A stretch of DNA of 52,494 bases, the filler included, from Catajapyx aquilonaris (taxonomy: Eukaryota): NCBI GenBank assembly GCA_000934665.2. It is 2 parts of 2 records of this genome, joined end to end, with 100 filler letters (N's around TTAATTAATTAA, not from the genome) between each part and the next. Parts side by side here need not be neighbours in the genome. Positions count along the whole stretch, not along the records: positions 26,353 to 52,494 come from JYFJ02005245.1; 1 more part is not named here. The stretch is one strand, 5' to 3'. How positions within the stretch are numbered: position 1 is the first letter of the stretch; the number at the start of each line of letters is the position of its first letter. This document shows, one piece after another, positions 48,440 to 52,494 of this stretch. Both the position numbers and the translations under genes were made by a program. Under the pieces are notes generated by a model that searched no databases, was not told where the DNA came from, and was given only the letters and a program-made list of their open reading frames with translations.

Positions 48440-51400
48440 TCACACTGGATGTAAGTAGCCGTCAAATTTACTTGACAATGGTGGGCGAGTGAAAGGTGAC
48501 AACCAAGCAAGTGAGAACCGACCAAACACTGCCTGAAGGCTTTTCCATCTTGATTTTTTCACCCACCGCGCCTCTTCCTTCTTCAATTGTTCTATGCCCT
48601 ATAAACACCCAAGACAATATTGAGTTTGATATAAAAACTAGATATCAACATGACTTACTGTCTCGTCGTTCCAGATGGCCTGCAGCTGGGTGCCAAGCAT
48701 TACCGCAGTAAATATGGAGAACAGAAGAGCTTCAAAAATGAGGAACAGAAGAAGAACAACACTGGCAGGTGGTGAATAGGAGGAGCAGTCCTTCCATTCA
48801 TGCCGGATGCACACAACAAAGTGATTCACCGACAGGATCAATGCATGAAGTGATATCACAGCTATGTAGAACTGCAGAAAATAAGGACAATGTCAAGTAT
48901 ATCTGCTTTCCAAACTGAACAAAAAGGAACCAGCCTTTTGTACACAATGGGTCAAAAGTCCCATCACCCCCTTGTAACTTCTGACCTGATACAAAGAACA
49001 TTATGAATTAAGTGGAGTAATGTAGATCAATTTCTAATAGGCCTCTTTCTCTTTAATTCCAGGCTCCTGCACACGTGGTTACATTTTACACCTTGCTAAC
49101 AAGAATGGTGATCCTTACATATCATTACAAAATCTACAAACCAAAGACATTCATACTCCATTCAATTTATTCATGTTTTTGTTTGAGTTTGTAAGTGTCA
49201 AGGGACTGATGAACATTAGGCCCATCTCATAGTATTGATAGTCCAAACCAAACGCCCCATAAATGAGAACATTAGTTTAACACAAATAATTAATGAACAA
49301 ACTTAAATAAGTAATTATTCTTAAACACATCAAAATAAATGGTAAATCCCAACCAAAAGTCAGCAATAAAGGAGGAATTTGATTGTGATGTGACTTGACC
49401 TGCAATGCATACACTGAAAATGTCCCTTCACTCTCAATTGACATCTGATTATTATCTCAGATGTCAGCCTTGTCATCTATACCACATATGTAGTTTTTGT
49501 TTGAGATTATTTCTTTGAATGCAATTGATGTTTTGAAAAAAACTCTCTAATTTTGTTACATGATGGGGGTCAAGAAGTCCAGGGAAAAAACCATCCAAAC
49601 CATCTGCAAGGCATTGTATCTGGGGAACAGCCTGTTTCAATAGTACGAAGACTATCAAACTAACTGAATGTCTTGCAGAAAAGTCACTCACATCAGTTGG
49701 TGTCATGAGTGCTGATAGCTAGGGAAGGTGTATCAAAAGATTGATTTTTTTCAGAGCTAATAAAGCAAGAGTGAGGAACATCTAAACCATTCAGCTATGA
49801 ATTTTGGAAGGTAAGGTTGGTCTGGTGAAAAGGTGGACAGTCAAGGATCTTGGGATATTGATTCTTACAATAGGTAGGTGTAGCGTGTAGGTCCCAGGCT
49901 GGGATGGTGTGGAAAAGCGCAAGCAAAAAAAAAAAAAGGATGGTGTAATACTGCTGATGAAAACAAGCCTCAAGATCCTGCCAATAATTCTTTGTACATG
50001 ACAAGCACATGTCTATTACTCCAAGACCCACCTACAATTTTGGCTCTCTTGTTTAGAGTTGCAGTATTTATGGCTCTGCCAAAAGCATTTAGCTCTCCAG
50101 TCCCACTGTGTTACCTCTTTGGACACTAAGGCCTCTAAAATCAGCTGGAGTTGCCACATGAAACATATAACTTTCAATGTACAAGTACTGTATCATGGGT
50201 TCATGACTTGATAACTCCAGCAGGTGTTCAAGGTCTCATCTTGCCATAACATCTTGATTGGTACAGCGTACAGGGTAGGTCAGATTTTGATAAGATGGCA
50301 GATCAGGACTACCTGTTGTCTTTCGCTGAACCATGCCATATGTGAGGAAGTTACCCTTCCATTCTCTCACATCTATCCACAGCACTCATACACTGAGGCA
50401 GTTTGCACTTACCGTGAACAGAACAAAGAACTTCTGATTGTTCTCGCCTACACAGTTATTCACCCAAGGGCAGTGATGGTCCATTTTTCTAATGCAGCTA
50501 CAACAGTTAACACATGAAAATGAGCTAGTATTCATTACTTCTCAAAAAGTGCTGTATGTACTTACCGTTGACAGACGGAACAGTGATGAGCTCGTTCTGG
50601 TTTGATGCTGCAGCACTTAGGGCACTTGAATATGACCTGACCTTGGCGGAACCCCATTCGTTGAATCATCTCATGGGTTGCATTACCCTTTGGCACAGCA
50701 CCCTGAAAATCACAAATTTATATTCAGAACAATGTTCAAACACTTTCTCATTTTATATGCATGAATCCAAATAATGTTCCCATTACCAACTGATTCAGCA
50801 AATGGATGAAGCCATCTATTCCATTGAAAATTATGCGAGCTGATGTTCAAGCAATCACTATATTATTTGAATAAGCATGCTTCTTAAAAGCACACTTACA
50901 ATATAAAATTAAAAACATAGCAGATGCACACACATCTTGGAAGACACAGTCAATATTTAGCCTGACTTCATAAATGGGTTATTCACTCTTGCAAAAATGG
51001 TGATCTGGAACTTTTCATATGGAACAAATAAATGCCTCTGACTATGTCAGGCCTTCATGAGTACTCGTATAGGCCATTTGCCTAGCATGAATTCTTAATA
51101 AGATGCAGATTTTATAAAGTTTTTATTTTATTGTGTTTTGAGAATTATGTTTCTTTGGAATGTCCAGGTGCAAGCCTGGAACTTCCTGAATAATGGCTTG
51201 ATGCCTCTGCCAATTGAATGGCATGATCTACTTATGGAAAATTCTTAACAATTATAATATTCCTGAGTATTACAAATTGAAGCCATTTACAAAGTCTACA
51301 CTTACCGGGTCGGTGAACATGGCCCTCAAATGCGAAAAAACTGCCAGAAATGCCAACGTTTGAAATACAACCATATTGATGGTGCTGTAAAATGGGTATG

Positions 51401-51616
51401 GGTTTGGGAGGAGAATGACGTATACCACCACAAACTCCGCGTAGGAAAGAAGTGCCCATGTCAAAACAGCACACATGACACCACATATGTCCTGTAATCA
51501 AGCATATTATAATTCTTTTAAGTTTACAATCACGATACAACACTTACCTTAATACACCAAAGCATGCCACCACAGCATCGGTTCTGATCCATATCGCGGC
51601 CATAGGAATATTCCAT
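48440..51616 (-). CDS. ZDHHC3: Palmitoyltransferase ZDHHC3/7 (GODZ-like)
   Basis: Exons 51616-51548, 51491-51306, 50702-50566, 50497-50413, 48871-48659, 48598-48440, all in frame. Motifs [78 protein letters not shown]. Confidence 0.95.
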
Positions 51617-52494
51617 CTTGATTTGACCCTTGGTATATACCTAATCAATTTTTTTTAACTCCATCGCTGAAGCATAAGAAGAAACAGAAAAATTAATTTT
51701 TAATGCATGGTTATTAGAAATTGACACTTAGAGTTGAATTAATTTCATAATAATTCATTATCACATGTTACGTCAGAAAATGACTAATGACTAATGATTA
51801 ACTGTAGTTTTTTACTATTTTCAATATTCTAAATTATTACGCTACGTCCTTAAAAAATTAGCAGGTAGGTGTTCTTCCTTCCATCACTACCCCTTTGCTG
51901 CTGGAAGCATTTACAGAACAACCAGTTGTAGCACAAGGACTTGGAAAAAATCCAGACATGTCTCGCCAGCTTCATGACTTGTGCACCAACGCAACAGTGT
52001 ATGGGGACAATCCACACCCTGCGGCTACCCTTAACTGTACTACTGCAAATGGGCACTTAGCGGCCCTGTCATAATAACATCATTAAAAATTAAGACAACT
52101 ACTTGCTCTGATCTGAAAATATTGGGACACCCCCAAAAAATGGAGTGGTGGGGTTATACACAGGATGTGATAAAAAGTTTCCATTAAGATTATCTGGACT
52201 TTAGAATGGATAATTATGAATAGTAACAATTGAGCTAGGAGGATACCAAATTTGAAGTTCATTTGACAGTTAACAACTGAAATAAATACGATTATACCTT
52301 GGACAGTGAAATTTCTGTGGGGTCTGGTAAAAATTGCTGCCACTCTGTTTATTTCTTACTTAGCGGGATGTAAATGTTGATAATGAACCTGAGGGGTCGC
52401 ACAAACCCAAAAACAGTTATGACATTAATTACAAAAAATCTAGCACAAAATTAAAAAATATTTATCATGGCTTGCAGATATGCCATTTTCTGTG

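Overview
Eukaryotic genomic DNA, most likely a non-dipteran arthropod (RXR-type USP with an [12 protein letters not shown] motif, plus brainiac). The window is two contigs joined by an artificial 100-bp linker (N44-TTAATTAATTAA-N44, 26253-26352). Left contig (1-26252): compact, GC-rich housekeeping genes with mostly 50-63 nt introns. In order: an orphan coiled-coil gene, a RalGDS-like RasGEF, RXR/USP, brainiac, SSNA1, POMT1 and PSMB7. Tandem arrays of transcription-factor motifs lie near some promoters (10 DRE sites; 4 E-boxes). Right contig (26353-52494): AT-rich and full of MITEs and SINEs, with ZDHHC3/7 at the far end. The most notable result is a tandem pair of small 3-exon genes, largely missed by the ORF track, that encode secreted His/Gly/Tyr-rich peptides. 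They share a TATA promoter, intron phases 0 and 2, a signal peptide ending S-x-A|FFL, and a YHHxxP(H)Y[VL]Y[VF][DN]H motif. All splice models were built by hand from GT-AG sites and frame continuity; no database searches were run.
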